From: Minisyncoccota bacterium
GTDB lineage: Bacteria > Patescibacteriota > Minisyncoccia > Phycocordibacterales > JBAYGS01
NCBI GenBank assembly: GCA_041666545.1
Contig: JBAYGS010000002.1
Coordinates: 6,065-70,064 of the forward strand
Direction: 5' to 3'
DNA length: 64,000 nucleotides
Notes under the pieces: generated by a model
Told to the model about the DNA's origin: nothing
Database searches by the model: none
The model's input: the letters and a program-made list of their open reading frames with translations, nothing else
Shown: positions 18,818-26,816 of the stretch, piece after piece
Layout: each line of letters opens with the position of its first letter
Position numbering within the stretch: the stretch's first letter is position 1
Made by a program: the position numbers and the translations under genes

Positions 18818-20725
18818 ATGACTCAAAGCGAAGGCCGGCCAGAAATAAATTTACAAAGAGAAACCCTCGATTACTCATATCGGGCGGTGGTTTGGGATAT
18901 TGCCATTATGGTGATTTTGATTGCTGTCTTGATTTTGAATCCTTTTGAACCAGTTGCCTGGTCCTCGAAAAAAATTCTGCTGTACTTGGCCTGTTTAGTC
19001 GGTTCTTTACCGGTGATTATTAGTGCGGTTCGCGAAGCGTTGCAAAGGCGACTCTCAATGGATTTGCTTTCCGGTCTGGCCCTGGTGGCGTCCATTCTTG
19101 CCGGACAATTGGTGTCGGCAATTTTTATCGCCATGATGCTCACGGCTTCAAGGATGTTGGGGGATTGGAGTGATCGTTTGGTCAGGCGAGGAGTCCGTAG
19201 TCTGCTGCGTCTGCGTCCGCATAGTGTGAAGGTTGAAATTAGAGATGAGATTTTTGAAAAGCCGGTCCACGAGTTGAGGCCGGGTGACATCGTGATTGCC
19301 GAGTCCGGCAAACGGATTGCCGTTGACGGTCTGGTCATTGATGGGGCGGCGGCAGTGGACGAGTCTTCACTTACGGGCGAGTCTTTGCCGGTCCGAAAGG
19401 AGGTGAATTCGCGAGTTTTTAGTTCGACCCTAGTCGCTGAAGGGCATTTGAAAATTAGAGCAGAAAAAGTTGGTCGGGATACTACCCTTGAAAAGATTGT
19501 TAAGTTGGTAGAGGGTGCTCAGGCTCAAAAGTCCCGTATGACCACTTTGGCGGAGAAATTTGGCAAGATTTATATTATTTCCGTGATGCTGGTCTCGGTA
19601 GTGATTTACTACTTCACTCACAATTTCAATCTGGTGTTGTCGGTAATTTTGGTTGTCTGTGCCGACGATGTGGCGGTGGCCGTGCCACTTGCATATCTTA
19701 TTGCCGCCGGCAAGGCCTCACGAGTTGGAATTATTATCAAAGGTAGTACTTATCTTGAGTCGATGGGTCGTGCGAAAGTATTTTTGTTCGACAAGACCGG
19801 GACTTTGACTAAAGGCGTTTTGAAAGTCGATTCATTCGAGGTCTTAGATGGAATTGACCGGCAAAATATTATTTCGGCGGTCGGCGATTTGGCGAGTGAG
19901 TCGTCGCACCCGGTTTCCAAAGCAATCCATAAGTTTGCCGACAAAAATGGCGCCAAGCCGATTGATGTTAGCGACATTACTGAAACTAGTGGCAAAGGGA
20001 CCCGGGGTGTTTTTGAAGGTAAATCGATAGCAATCGGCAATCGTGCCTTTTTGCGTGATTTGGAAGTTAAAATTAGTGAAGCTGTCGAGAAGCGGGTTGT
20101 AGAAATCGAAGAGCTCGGTCAATCGGCAGTCTTTTTTACTTACGACGGTCAGTTGGCCACTCTGTTCGCAGTCTCCGATGAAGTCAAAGCCAATGCCAAA
20201 GAGTCGACCGAGCGTTTGCGTCTAGCGGGGGTCAGTACAATGATTATGATTACCGGCGACAGTGAACGGGTGGCGCTCAAAATTGCCAAAGCAGCCGGCC
20301 TCAAAGATTTCCGCGCCAAAGTTTCGCCGGAGGACAAATTGGCAGAAGTTAAAAAACATCTTTCGAAGGATTACACGACTGTGATGGTGGGGGATGGCGT
20401 TAACGATGCCGCCGCCTTGAGTTTGGCTGATGTCGGGATTGCGATGGGGCACACCGGCTTTGATGTTGCCATCGAGTCGGCCGATATTGTCTTAATGCAT
20501 GACGATTTGTCAAAACTGGTTGAGACGATGGAGCTGTCACGGAAAGTCCGCAGCGTGATTAAACAGGATTTTTGGATTTGGGGATTAAGCAATGCTCTCG
20601 GTTTGTTTCTGGTTTTCGGTAGTTTTATCGGACCGGCTGGCGCCGCGGCCTACAATTTTATTTCCGACTTTTTCCCGTTGGCCAATTCGGTCAGAATCTT
20701 CTTTTCCGGTAAAAAGCCTTTATAG
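18818..20725 (+). CDS. Heavy-metal P1B-type ATPase without N-terminal metal-binding domain
   Basis: LTGES, DKTGTLT, SHP, TGD, GDGVNDA; membrane motif CAD instead of CPx. Confidence 0.9.
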   Translation: MTQSEGRPEINLQRETLDYSYRAVVWDIAIMVILIAVLILNPFEPVAWSSKKILLYLACLVGSLPVIISAVREALQRRLSMDLLSGLALVASILAGQLVSAIFIAMMLTASRMLGDWSDRLVRRGVRSLLRLRPHSVKVEIRDEIFEKPVHELRPGDIVIAESGKRIAVDGLVIDGAAAVDESSLTGESLPVRKEVNSRVFSSTLVAEGHLKIRAEKVGRDTTLEKIVKLVEGAQAQKSRMTTLAEKFGKIYIISVMLVSVVIYYFTHNFNLVLSVILVVCADDVAVAVPLAYLIAAGKASRVGIIIKGSTYLESMGRAKVFLFDKTGTLTKGVLKVDSFEVLDGIDRQNIISAVGDLASESSHPVSKAIHKFADKNGAKPIDVSDITETSGKGTRGVFEGKSIAIGNRAFLRDLEVKISEAVEKRVVEIEELGQSAVFFTYDGQLATLFAVSDEVKANAKESTERLRLAGVSTMIMITGDSERVALKIAKAAGLKDFRAKVSPEDKLAEVKKHLSKDYTTVMVGDGVNDAAALSLADVGIAMGHTGFDVAIESADIVLMHDDLSKLVETMELSRKVRSVIKQDFWIWGLSNALGLFLVFGSFIGPAGAAAYNFISDFFPLANSVRIFFSGKKPL

Positions 20726-20777
20726 TTGACAGAGAAATTTTTTGCAGTATATTGTTGGTAGAAAAAGAAAGGCGATT

Positions 20778-20990
20778 ATGCGTTATGTTCTCCAGATTTT
20801 TCTGAATCTGTTTGACCTGTTTCTTATCGGCGTTTCCGCTTGGAACATCTATAATGCCAATTACGACCTGTGTATGATTGGCATGGTCTTTTGTCTCGTA
20901 GTTGTATGGAATGCGCAAGGCGGTTTTATGGTCTGGCGACCATCGAATGTCCGCCAATTTATGAAAAACGCCAGGGCCGCCGGTCTTTGA
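20778..20990 (+). CDS. Small hypothetical membrane protein
   Basis: GAAAGG SD, two hydrophobic segments, TTGACA promoter upstream. Confidence 0.5.
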   Translation: MRYVLQIFLNLFDLFLIGVSAWNIYNANYDLCMIGMVFCLVVVWNAQGGFMVWRPSNVRQFMKNARAAGL

Positions 20991-21069
20991 TTTGTGTCAG
21001 CCGTTCCGAGTGGAGCGGCTTTTAATTTTGCAAAACTGTTCGATATCTTTTAAAGATTTAGGCTAAATT

Positions 21070-21145
21070 TGGAGCCGAAGGCCAGGATTGAACTGGCGGC
21101 CCCCACTTTACGAAAGTGGTGCTCTACCAACTGAGCTACTTCGGC
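21070..21145 (-). tRNA. tRNA-Thr (CGT), CCA encoded
   Basis: Minus strand GCCGAAG...CCACT TTCGTAA AGTGG...GTTCAATC...CTTCGGC T CCA. Confidence 0.93.
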
Positions 21146-21185
21146 TTATTGCAAATGCCCGCCCACGGGGCGGGCATTTGTCTTG

Positions 21186-21435
21186 AGCCGTTGTCCAGGA
21201 TTGAACTGGAGACCTCGTCATTCGTTTGCACCTCTCTTTGCAGGAGGACTAGACTGTATCTTTTTCCGTATCATAGACGGAAACCCTTGTCAGTCGTTCG
21301 GGCGACTTTATCGCCACGGTCTTATCCCAGAGGGACTTTAACCGTTATTCGGGATTCATAAGGAGATTACTCTCCAAATGGGCAGGGGGGTTACGACCCA
21401 CCAATGACGTGCTCTACCGACTGAGCTACAACGGC
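21186..21435 (-). tRNA. tRNA-Thr (GGT) interrupted by a group I intron; exons 21435-21400 and 21222-21186
   Basis: Joined exons: GCCGTTG TAGCTCAGTCGGTAGAGCA CGTCA TTGGT|AA TGACG AGGTC TCCAG TTCAATC CTGGA CAACGGC T. Confidence 0.9.
21223..21399 (-). ncRNA. Compact group I intron (177 nt) between positions 36/37 of tRNA-Thr(GGT)
   Basis: Exon ends in U, intron ends in G; GAATAACGGTTAAAG, AAGACCGTGG, CGAACGACTGACAAGG, AAGATACAGTCTAG (P7 GACTG/CAGTC). Confidence 0.88.
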
Positions 21436-21463
21436 TTAGCACCCACATAGACTATTATATTTT

Positions 21464-22051
21464 CTAGATATTATCAATCTTGTCGCACAGTAGCCTTTTA
21501 AGTTTGATATTGTTGAAGTATACCATCAGCACACCATTCTCAGATTTATATTTATAGGTTCCACTTCCTCTGACTTTAGAAATTATTATCTTATAAAATT
21601 GTTTTTTGCTAACTTTCAAAGTTTTGGTCCAAAAACTCAGTGCCTTCTCTGGTGAAATATCGCCAAAAATTTGAAGCCCAAAGTGTAGGCTCTTTTTGTT
21701 GATAGAATAAAACACTTCCAAAAAATCAATAAATTTTCTAATAAGATTGGCATCGGTGTTTCCAAGTCGCACTCCGCCGTTGCCACGCTTTGCTCCCTCT
21801 CCCCAATAAAGGCCAAGACCTAATCCGTAAAGAACTCCCTCGTCTACATTTTTTGGGAATGTCACCATAAAAGGATCACCAAGCGGATTATGTTTTTGGT
21901 ATATAGCTTCAGAAATTGATCTTTTGCTTATTTCGTATTTGCTCAGCCAGTAATTCACCTTACCTTCTGAGCAATTAATCTTTTCAGCAATCTGTGCTGC
22001 AGAGAGTTTGCTATTCTGATACAGTTCAGTTAATTCGCTTCTTTTAATCAT
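21464..22051 (-). CDS. HTH + LAGLIDADG-like endonuclease-fold protein
   Basis: N-terminal HTH (LSAAQIAEKINCSEGKVNYWL); GLGLYWGEG helix then LGNTDANLI; same motif layout as 14532-15221. Confidence 0.7.
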   Translation of the reverse strand: MIKRSELTELYQNSKLSAAQIAEKINCSEGKVNYWLSKYEISKRSISEAIYQKHNPLGDPFMVTFPKNVDEGVLYGLGLGLYWGEGAKRGNGGVRLGNTDANLIRKFIDFLEVFYSINKKSLHFGLQIFGDISPEKALSFWTKTLKVSKKQFYKIIISKVRGSGTYKYKSENGVLMVYFNNIKLKRLLCDKIDNI

Positions 22052-22151
22052 GGTAGATAAGATACATATGTACTTAGTCTATCATGATTAAGTGTATCGA
22101 GGAAGTGGGTTTACTGCCTTGCCATTTTGTTTGTCTCGTAATACCATTTCT

Positions 22152-22276
22152 GGAGTGGAGAGTCGTGTGAGAGTCTTTACTCCGAACAGCTCGCTTTGCC
22201 ATTTGAGCACTTAAAGGCGTTTTGTTCGCATCCTCTCCCGTTGCGCCTGGCCACCCTTTCGGGGGCCAGGCGTTTT
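22152..22276 (+). ncRNA. Candidate small RNA with own promoter and terminator
   Basis: TTGCCA-17-TACCAT (22119-22147), two stem-loops, GC-rich terminator 22244-22276, no ORF in the track. Confidence 0.4.
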
Positions 22277-22301
22277 ATATTATTAAAATTCTGATAGACT
22301 A

Positions 22302-23177
22302 ATGCCTATGGAAGCTAAAAATCAAAAATTGGTGGAATTGGTGGCGGAAATGCAGGCGCCCGATTTTTGGGCGGACAAAAATCGGGCGCAGTCAGTCATC
22401 AAGGAAATTGCCGATTTAAAAGCTGACTTGGCTGGTGAAGGGAAGTATGACAAGGGTGACGCGATTATGACGATTCTTTCCGGCGCCGGTGGTGATGACG
22501 CTGAGGACTTCTCCAGGATTCTTTTTGAAATGTATCAGAAATATTTTGCTAAGCAGGGTTTCAGTTGTCGACTACTTCATGATAATGAAAATGACCATGG
22601 TGGTTATCGTAATCTAACCGTCGAAGTTTCAGGTAAGAATGTCTACGGTACTCTGAAAGGCGAATCAGGCGTTCATCGCTTAGTGAGGATTTCGCCATTT
22701 AACGCCAAACAACTTCGGCACACCTCTTTTTCAATGGTTGAGATAATCCCAAAATTTGAAAAGACTGCCGATGTGGTAATACCTGACGATGAGTTGAGAA
22801 TTGAATTTGCGCGCGCCGGCGGGGCAGGTGGTCAAAATGTGAATAAACGAGAGACGGCTGTTCGGATCGTGCATATCCCAACCAATCTCTCGGCCCATGT
22901 CTCAAGTGAGCGTTCGCAACACCAGAATCGCGAAAAAGCTATGGATATTTTGAAGGGTAAGATTTACAAAATGCGCGAGGACGAAAGGTTGGCCAAAGAA
23001 AAGGGAATGTATCTGTCTAAAACCACTTCGATTGAGTGGGGGAACCAAATTCGCTCCTACGTATTTCATCCCTACAAAATGGTTAAAGACCACCGCACTA
23101 ATGTCGAAACCGCGCAGATTGATAAGGTGTTAAACGGGGAGCTCGACGAGTTTATTTTAGCCGAACAGCAGTTATAG
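22302..23177 (+). CDS. prfB: Peptide chain release factor 2, shortened domain 1
   Basis: GVHRLVRISPF (SPF), GAGGQNVNK, IRSY; start may be ATG 22308. Confidence 0.92.
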   Translation: MPMEAKNQKLVELVAEMQAPDFWADKNRAQSVIKEIADLKADLAGEGKYDKGDAIMTILSGAGGDDAEDFSRILFEMYQKYFAKQGFSCRLLHDNENDHGGYRNLTVEVSGKNVYGTLKGESGVHRLVRISPFNAKQLRHTSFSMVEIIPKFEKTADVVIPDDELRIEFARAGGAGGQNVNKRETAVRIVHIPTNLSAHVSSERSQHQNREKAMDILKGKIYKMREDERLAKEKGMYLSKTTSIEWGNQIRSYVFHPYKMVKDHRTNVETAQIDKVLNGELDEFILAEQQL

Positions 23178-23234
23178 GCTGAGGCCGAGCAGAAACAGTT
23201 TGGTAACTAAAGCTTTTATAAACCATATACCACA

Positions 23235-23828
23235 ATGAAACAGGATATTATTTTAGGCTCGAGCTCATCCGGTAGGAAAAAAGTCCTTGCGGATTTGGGG
23301 TACAAGTTTTCTGTAATGAGCCCGGGTATAGATGAAAAGGCGATTCGCCACGATGATCCCAAGAAGCTGACTTCGCTACTCGCCAATGCCAAGGCCGACG
23401 CCTTGCTGGAAAGGATAAAAAGTCCGGCAATCCTCATCACCTCAGATCAGGTGGTTGTCTGTAATGGTCAGATTTTAGAAAAACCAGAAAGCCCCGCCCA
23501 GGCTAAGGATTTCCTAAGTCGTTATGTAGACCATCCGGCCGAGACGACTGCTACCGTGGTCGTGACTGATACGAAATCTGGCAAGAGATTCGAAGGGTTG
23601 GATATCGCGAAAGTATTTTTTGACCGGATTCCAGATGAGCTTGTTGACCGACTTATCGAGAAAGGGGAAATCATGGAAATGTCGGGCGCCTTTATGATTG
23701 ACGAGCCTTTATTACAAAAATACATCAAGGAAGTCCAAGGTGAACCTGAAAGCGTGTTCGGTCTACCTAAACAACTGACAAAGCGTCTTCTCGACATGGC
23801 CCAGGTCGCATCTGTAAAAGTGGCCTAA
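23235..23828 (+). CDS. maf: Maf-family nucleoside triphosphate pyrophosphatase
   Basis: ILGSSSSGR, IDEK, AKA, SDQVV, ILEKP, GLP. Confidence 0.9.
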   Translation: MKQDIILGSSSSGRKKVLADLGYKFSVMSPGIDEKAIRHDDPKKLTSLLANAKADALLERIKSPAILITSDQVVVCNGQILEKPESPAQAKDFLSRYVDHPAETTATVVVTDTKSGKRFEGLDIAKVFFDRIPDELVDRLIEKGEIMEMSGAFMIDEPLLQKYIKEVQGEPESVFGLPKQLTKRLLDMAQVASVKVA

Positions 23829-23912
23829 CGGGGCCATTTTTTTGGTATCGAGCAGAAAGAAATCGTTTTTGGGCTTGACTTTCTAATTGAATATGCTATC
23901 ATAGGGCTTTAG

Positions 23913-24032
23913 ACAAGTCGGAGCCAAAAAACACCGGCGAATCGGCTTGTAAAATCTCCAGCACCTTGAAAAAGGGTGCGCATCCAATCTTCAAGACTTT
24001 AATGAGGCCTGAGCACCCCGCTCAGGCCTTTT
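23913..24032 (+). promoter_or_regulatory. Structured 5' leader motif copy 1 with intrinsic terminator
   Basis: Downstream of TTGACT..TATCAT; homologous to 25399-25492; terminator AGGCCTGAGC/GCTCAGGCCT-TTT. Confidence 0.6.
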
Positions 24033-24089
24033 GTGTACCCAAACCTAAAACCCAAACCCGCTCGGCAACGAGCATAACCGAAAAAACAT

Positions 24090-24371
24090 ATGGGCCTCGA
24101 AAGACTAGACCGTTGGTGTGATCAGTTGGAAATGAAGAAGCAATACTTTGGGCAAAGAAAGAATTGGGCTCGGAGTTTCGCCGAACAAAACGGACTTGCT
24201 AATCCCGGGGATAGTGCAGTCGGAATGTTCTACGCGCGTACCTATCAGGTGATAATAGGTCCACGTGGCGGTCTGAATATCCACGGACAACTACCTTGGC
24301 AGGATTCGAACGGTTGGCGCTGGTTTGAGAAGACGCCTAAGCAGCGCAAGAGGGCTGAAAGGGAGGAATAG
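24090..24371 (+). CDS. Hypothetical protein
   Basis: 93-aa ORF downstream of structured leader; IIGPRGG motif. Confidence 0.5.
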   Translation: MGLERLDRWCDQLEMKKQYFGQRKNWARSFAEQNGLANPGDSAVGMFYARTYQVIIGPRGGLNIHGQLPWQDSNGWRWFEKTPKQRKRAEREE

Positions 24372-24493
24372 AAAATAGGGGTTCGGTTCGATCCCGAACC
24401 CCTTTCTGTCCCGAGATGAGTGTCTCGGCTGATGAGCTCAAAAGAGCGAAACAGAAGTTCTTCGACAACAAAATAAAATGAAGGGAAAAACTG

Positions 24494-24778
24494 ATGAACC
24501 AAATCATAACAGTATTGATTAATCACACCTCGGCCTGTTCCAAAGCACGACAACTTCTCGAGGATCTTCTTAAAATTTTACCCAAGGATAGTACCACAAT
24601 ACGTGAACAGCTAGAGGCTTGTCTGCCGGAACTCAAAGTTAAAGAAGTAGCTGAAGAAAAATGGCAAGCAGAACTTCGAATGGAACAGGTACAGCGAGCA
24701 CACGAGGAGGAGCATTTTAAGTTTAAGCACGGCCGCGAATGGGACCCGCGGGATGACCCAGACTGGAGGCCTTACTAA
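24494..24778 (+). CDS. Hypothetical protein
   Basis: 94-aa ORF with AAGGG SD. Confidence 0.45.
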   Translation: MNQIITVLINHTSACSKARQLLEDLLKILPKDSTTIREQLEACLPELKVKEVAEEKWQAELRMEQVQRAHEEEHFKFKHGREWDPRDDPDWRPY

Positions 24779-24851
24779 AATCTAGTCACACTGGCAAACG
24801 AAAGTTTGCCAGTCTTATCTTTTGGGCAGATAGTGGGGTATAATTTAAAAT

Positions 24852-25364
24852 ATGATTTTAACCCGCGACATAATTTTAAAAGAGATTGAAAAAGGAAATA
24901 TTAAAATTTCAGCTTTTGAGGAAAAACTTTTGGGACCAGCCTCTTATGATTTGGCTTTGGGGAAAAGCTTGAGAATTTTTACTAAACAAAAAGAAGCTTA
25001 TCCGGTTCACGACGATGCCGATTTCGCTCACATTACAGAATTGATTGAGATGACTGAAGCTGGTTATACGATGCAACCTGGGGAAGCGGTGCTCGGGGTG
25101 ACTGAGGAGAAAATTACTCTGGCACCCAACATTGCCGGCTGGCTGGAAGGGCGAAGTCGTTTTGCCCGAGTAGGTCTTATGGTTCATATTTCTTCACCAT
25201 TTATGCAACCTGGGATTGATAGTCATCAGGTTTTAGAGATTGCTAACTTGGGACCGACTCCGCTTACGATTTTTCCCGGCACCAAAATTTGCCAATTTAT
25301 TTTTGAATATTGCGAAGGCGGGGCAGAATATAAAGGGAAATTTTCCGGACAAACGACTCCTTGA
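24852..25364 (+). CDS. dcd: dCTP deaminase
   Basis: PASYDL, EGRSRFARVGL, PG, LEIAN, ICQFIF. Confidence 0.9.
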   Translation: MILTRDIILKEIEKGNIKISAFEEKLLGPASYDLALGKSLRIFTKQKEAYPVHDDADFAHITELIEMTEAGYTMQPGEAVLGVTEEKITLAPNIAGWLEGRSRFARVGLMVHISSPFMQPGIDSHQVLEIANLGPTPLTIFPGTKICQFIFEYCEGGAEYKGKFSGQTTP

Positions 25365-25398
25365 CAAGTGGTCGTTAATTTGCTATACTTCTGCCAGT

Positions 25399-25492
25399 CA
25401 AGTCGGAACCAGGCAATACCGGCAAACCGGCTTGTAAAATCGAAAGCACCTTGAAATGGTGAATTCGGATCGGCAACAAGCCGGTCTTTTTT
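25399..25492 (+). promoter_or_regulatory. Structured 5' leader motif copy 2 with terminator and alternative pairing
   Basis: After TTGACA-17-TATACT; CAAGTCGG/CCGGCTTG stem; terminator GATCGGC/GCCGGTC-T6. Confidence 0.6.
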
Positions 25493-25531
25493 GTCCCTGA
25501 ACCTAAACCTGAAGAAAGGAAATCCGAAAGT

Positions 25532-26671
25532 ATGACGATAAACCTAGCGCAGTCGATTCTTGGACTCGAGGAAGGTATCACGGTGATTGTGATTACCGGT
25601 GGTCCCTGCAGTGGCAAGACCACCGGCCTGTCATACCTCAAACAGAAGCTTACTGACCGGGGTTACAAAGTTCTGGTTGTTCCGGAGACGGCGACAAAAT
25701 TAATCAGTGGCGGTATGACCCCGGGTGAGTTATCCTGGCCGGAATTTCAGGAGCACATCCTCTTGGACACGATGGATCAGGAGGCACGATTCTTCCAGAT
25801 TGCCAGTTCCTATCTCAGGCAAGGCAAGAAAGTGGTGGTGCTCTGTGACCGAGGGATGATGGATGGCGAGGCTTATGTCGGCGAGAAAACTTTTGGGCAG
25901 ATGCTTGAACGATTCAGTCTGGATCGGCTCGCGGTTCGCGACGGTCGCTATCACGCGGTGATGCACTTGCAGACGGCAGCAATCGGGGCCGAGCAGTTCT
26001 ACACCCTCGAAAACAATGCCGCAAGGATCGAAACTCCGGCGCAGGCGAGAAAGCTGGACGCAAAGACGCTTCAGGCCTGGCAAGGGCATGCTCATCCACG
26101 GGTGATTGATAACAGCACGGATTTCGAGGGCAAAATGAAAAGATTGCTCGCGGAAGTCTGCGGAGTGCTTGGCGACCCGGTACCGATTGAAAAGGAAGAC
26201 AAATTCCTAATTAAACCGGTCGACCTCAAGAAGTTCAAAGTCTCTTGGACCGAGAGTCAGATTGTCCAAGATTACTTGGTGTCTCCGGCCGAGGGTGAGG
26301 AAAGACGAGTTCGGGCCCGTGGTGATGGTAAAAACTTCTCCTACTACTACACGGTCAAGCGCGAGCTTCGGCCTGGTGAGCGAGTTGAACAGGAGAAAAT
26401 GATCACCGAGCGGGAGTACCAATCTCTGCTTACTCTCAAGGACCCGAAGATGCAGACGATTCGGAAACGGCGGATCTGTTTCTTCTGGAAAAACCAATTC
26501 TTCGAAGTCGACATCTTCGAAGGGTCGGCTAGGGGTCTCTATTTGATGGAGGCCGAAAGAACCGACCGGGCGCCGGAATTGAAGCTGCCACCCTTCATCA
26601 AGGTGGTCAAGAACGTCACGGGGGACAAGCGGTATTCCAACAAGCGGATTGCTGCCGGCTCCGTGAACTGA
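25532..26671 (+). CDS. NadR/Ttd14-type P-loop ATPase fused to CYTH domain
   Basis: ITGGPCSGKTT, VPETAT, CDRG; C-terminal EKEDKF, QDYL, RVRAR, YYTVK, FEVD, EAE. Confidence 0.85.
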   Translation: MTINLAQSILGLEEGITVIVITGGPCSGKTTGLSYLKQKLTDRGYKVLVVPETATKLISGGMTPGELSWPEFQEHILLDTMDQEARFFQIASSYLRQGKKVVVLCDRGMMDGEAYVGEKTFGQMLERFSLDRLAVRDGRYHAVMHLQTAAIGAEQFYTLENNAARIETPAQARKLDAKTLQAWQGHAHPRVIDNSTDFEGKMKRLLAEVCGVLGDPVPIEKEDKFLIKPVDLKKFKVSWTESQIVQDYLVSPAEGEERRVRARGDGKNFSYYYTVKRELRPGERVEQEKMITEREYQSLLTLKDPKMQTIRKRRICFFWKNQFFEVDIFEGSARGLYLMEAERTDRAPELKLPPFIKVVKNVTGDKRYSNKRIAAGSVN

Positions 26672-26816
26672 CCAAATTCACTACATCCGCCCAAGTTTGC
26701 AAGAGCAAACTCGGGCGGTTTTAATTTGCCATCAGGCACTTGACAAATTGCTACACAGCAGTATTCTACAAATGAAGCCAAGCTAGTTCCTTTTAACAAC
26801 CAAAGAAAGGCAGATT

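Noticed and set aside
21116-21361. 81-aa ORF across the Thr tRNAs as a possible intron-encoded protein
   Set aside because: Antisense to the tRNAs and intron, with no nuclease motif
22150-22212. Minus-strand tRNA-like reading ending ...CTCCA
   Set aside because: No cloverleaf or T loop; the plus-strand promoter/terminator reading fits better
24377-24403. GGTTCGATCCC resembling a tRNA T arm (possible att site)
   Set aside because: No acceptor, D or anticodon arm; it is the loop of a terminator-like hairpin after the 24090 ORF
26686-26722. CGCCC(A/G)AG hairpins at 26687, 34981 and 59327 as a repeat family
   Set aside because: Similarity is limited to the stem base; all sit at gene ends and are adequately explained as intrinsic terminators
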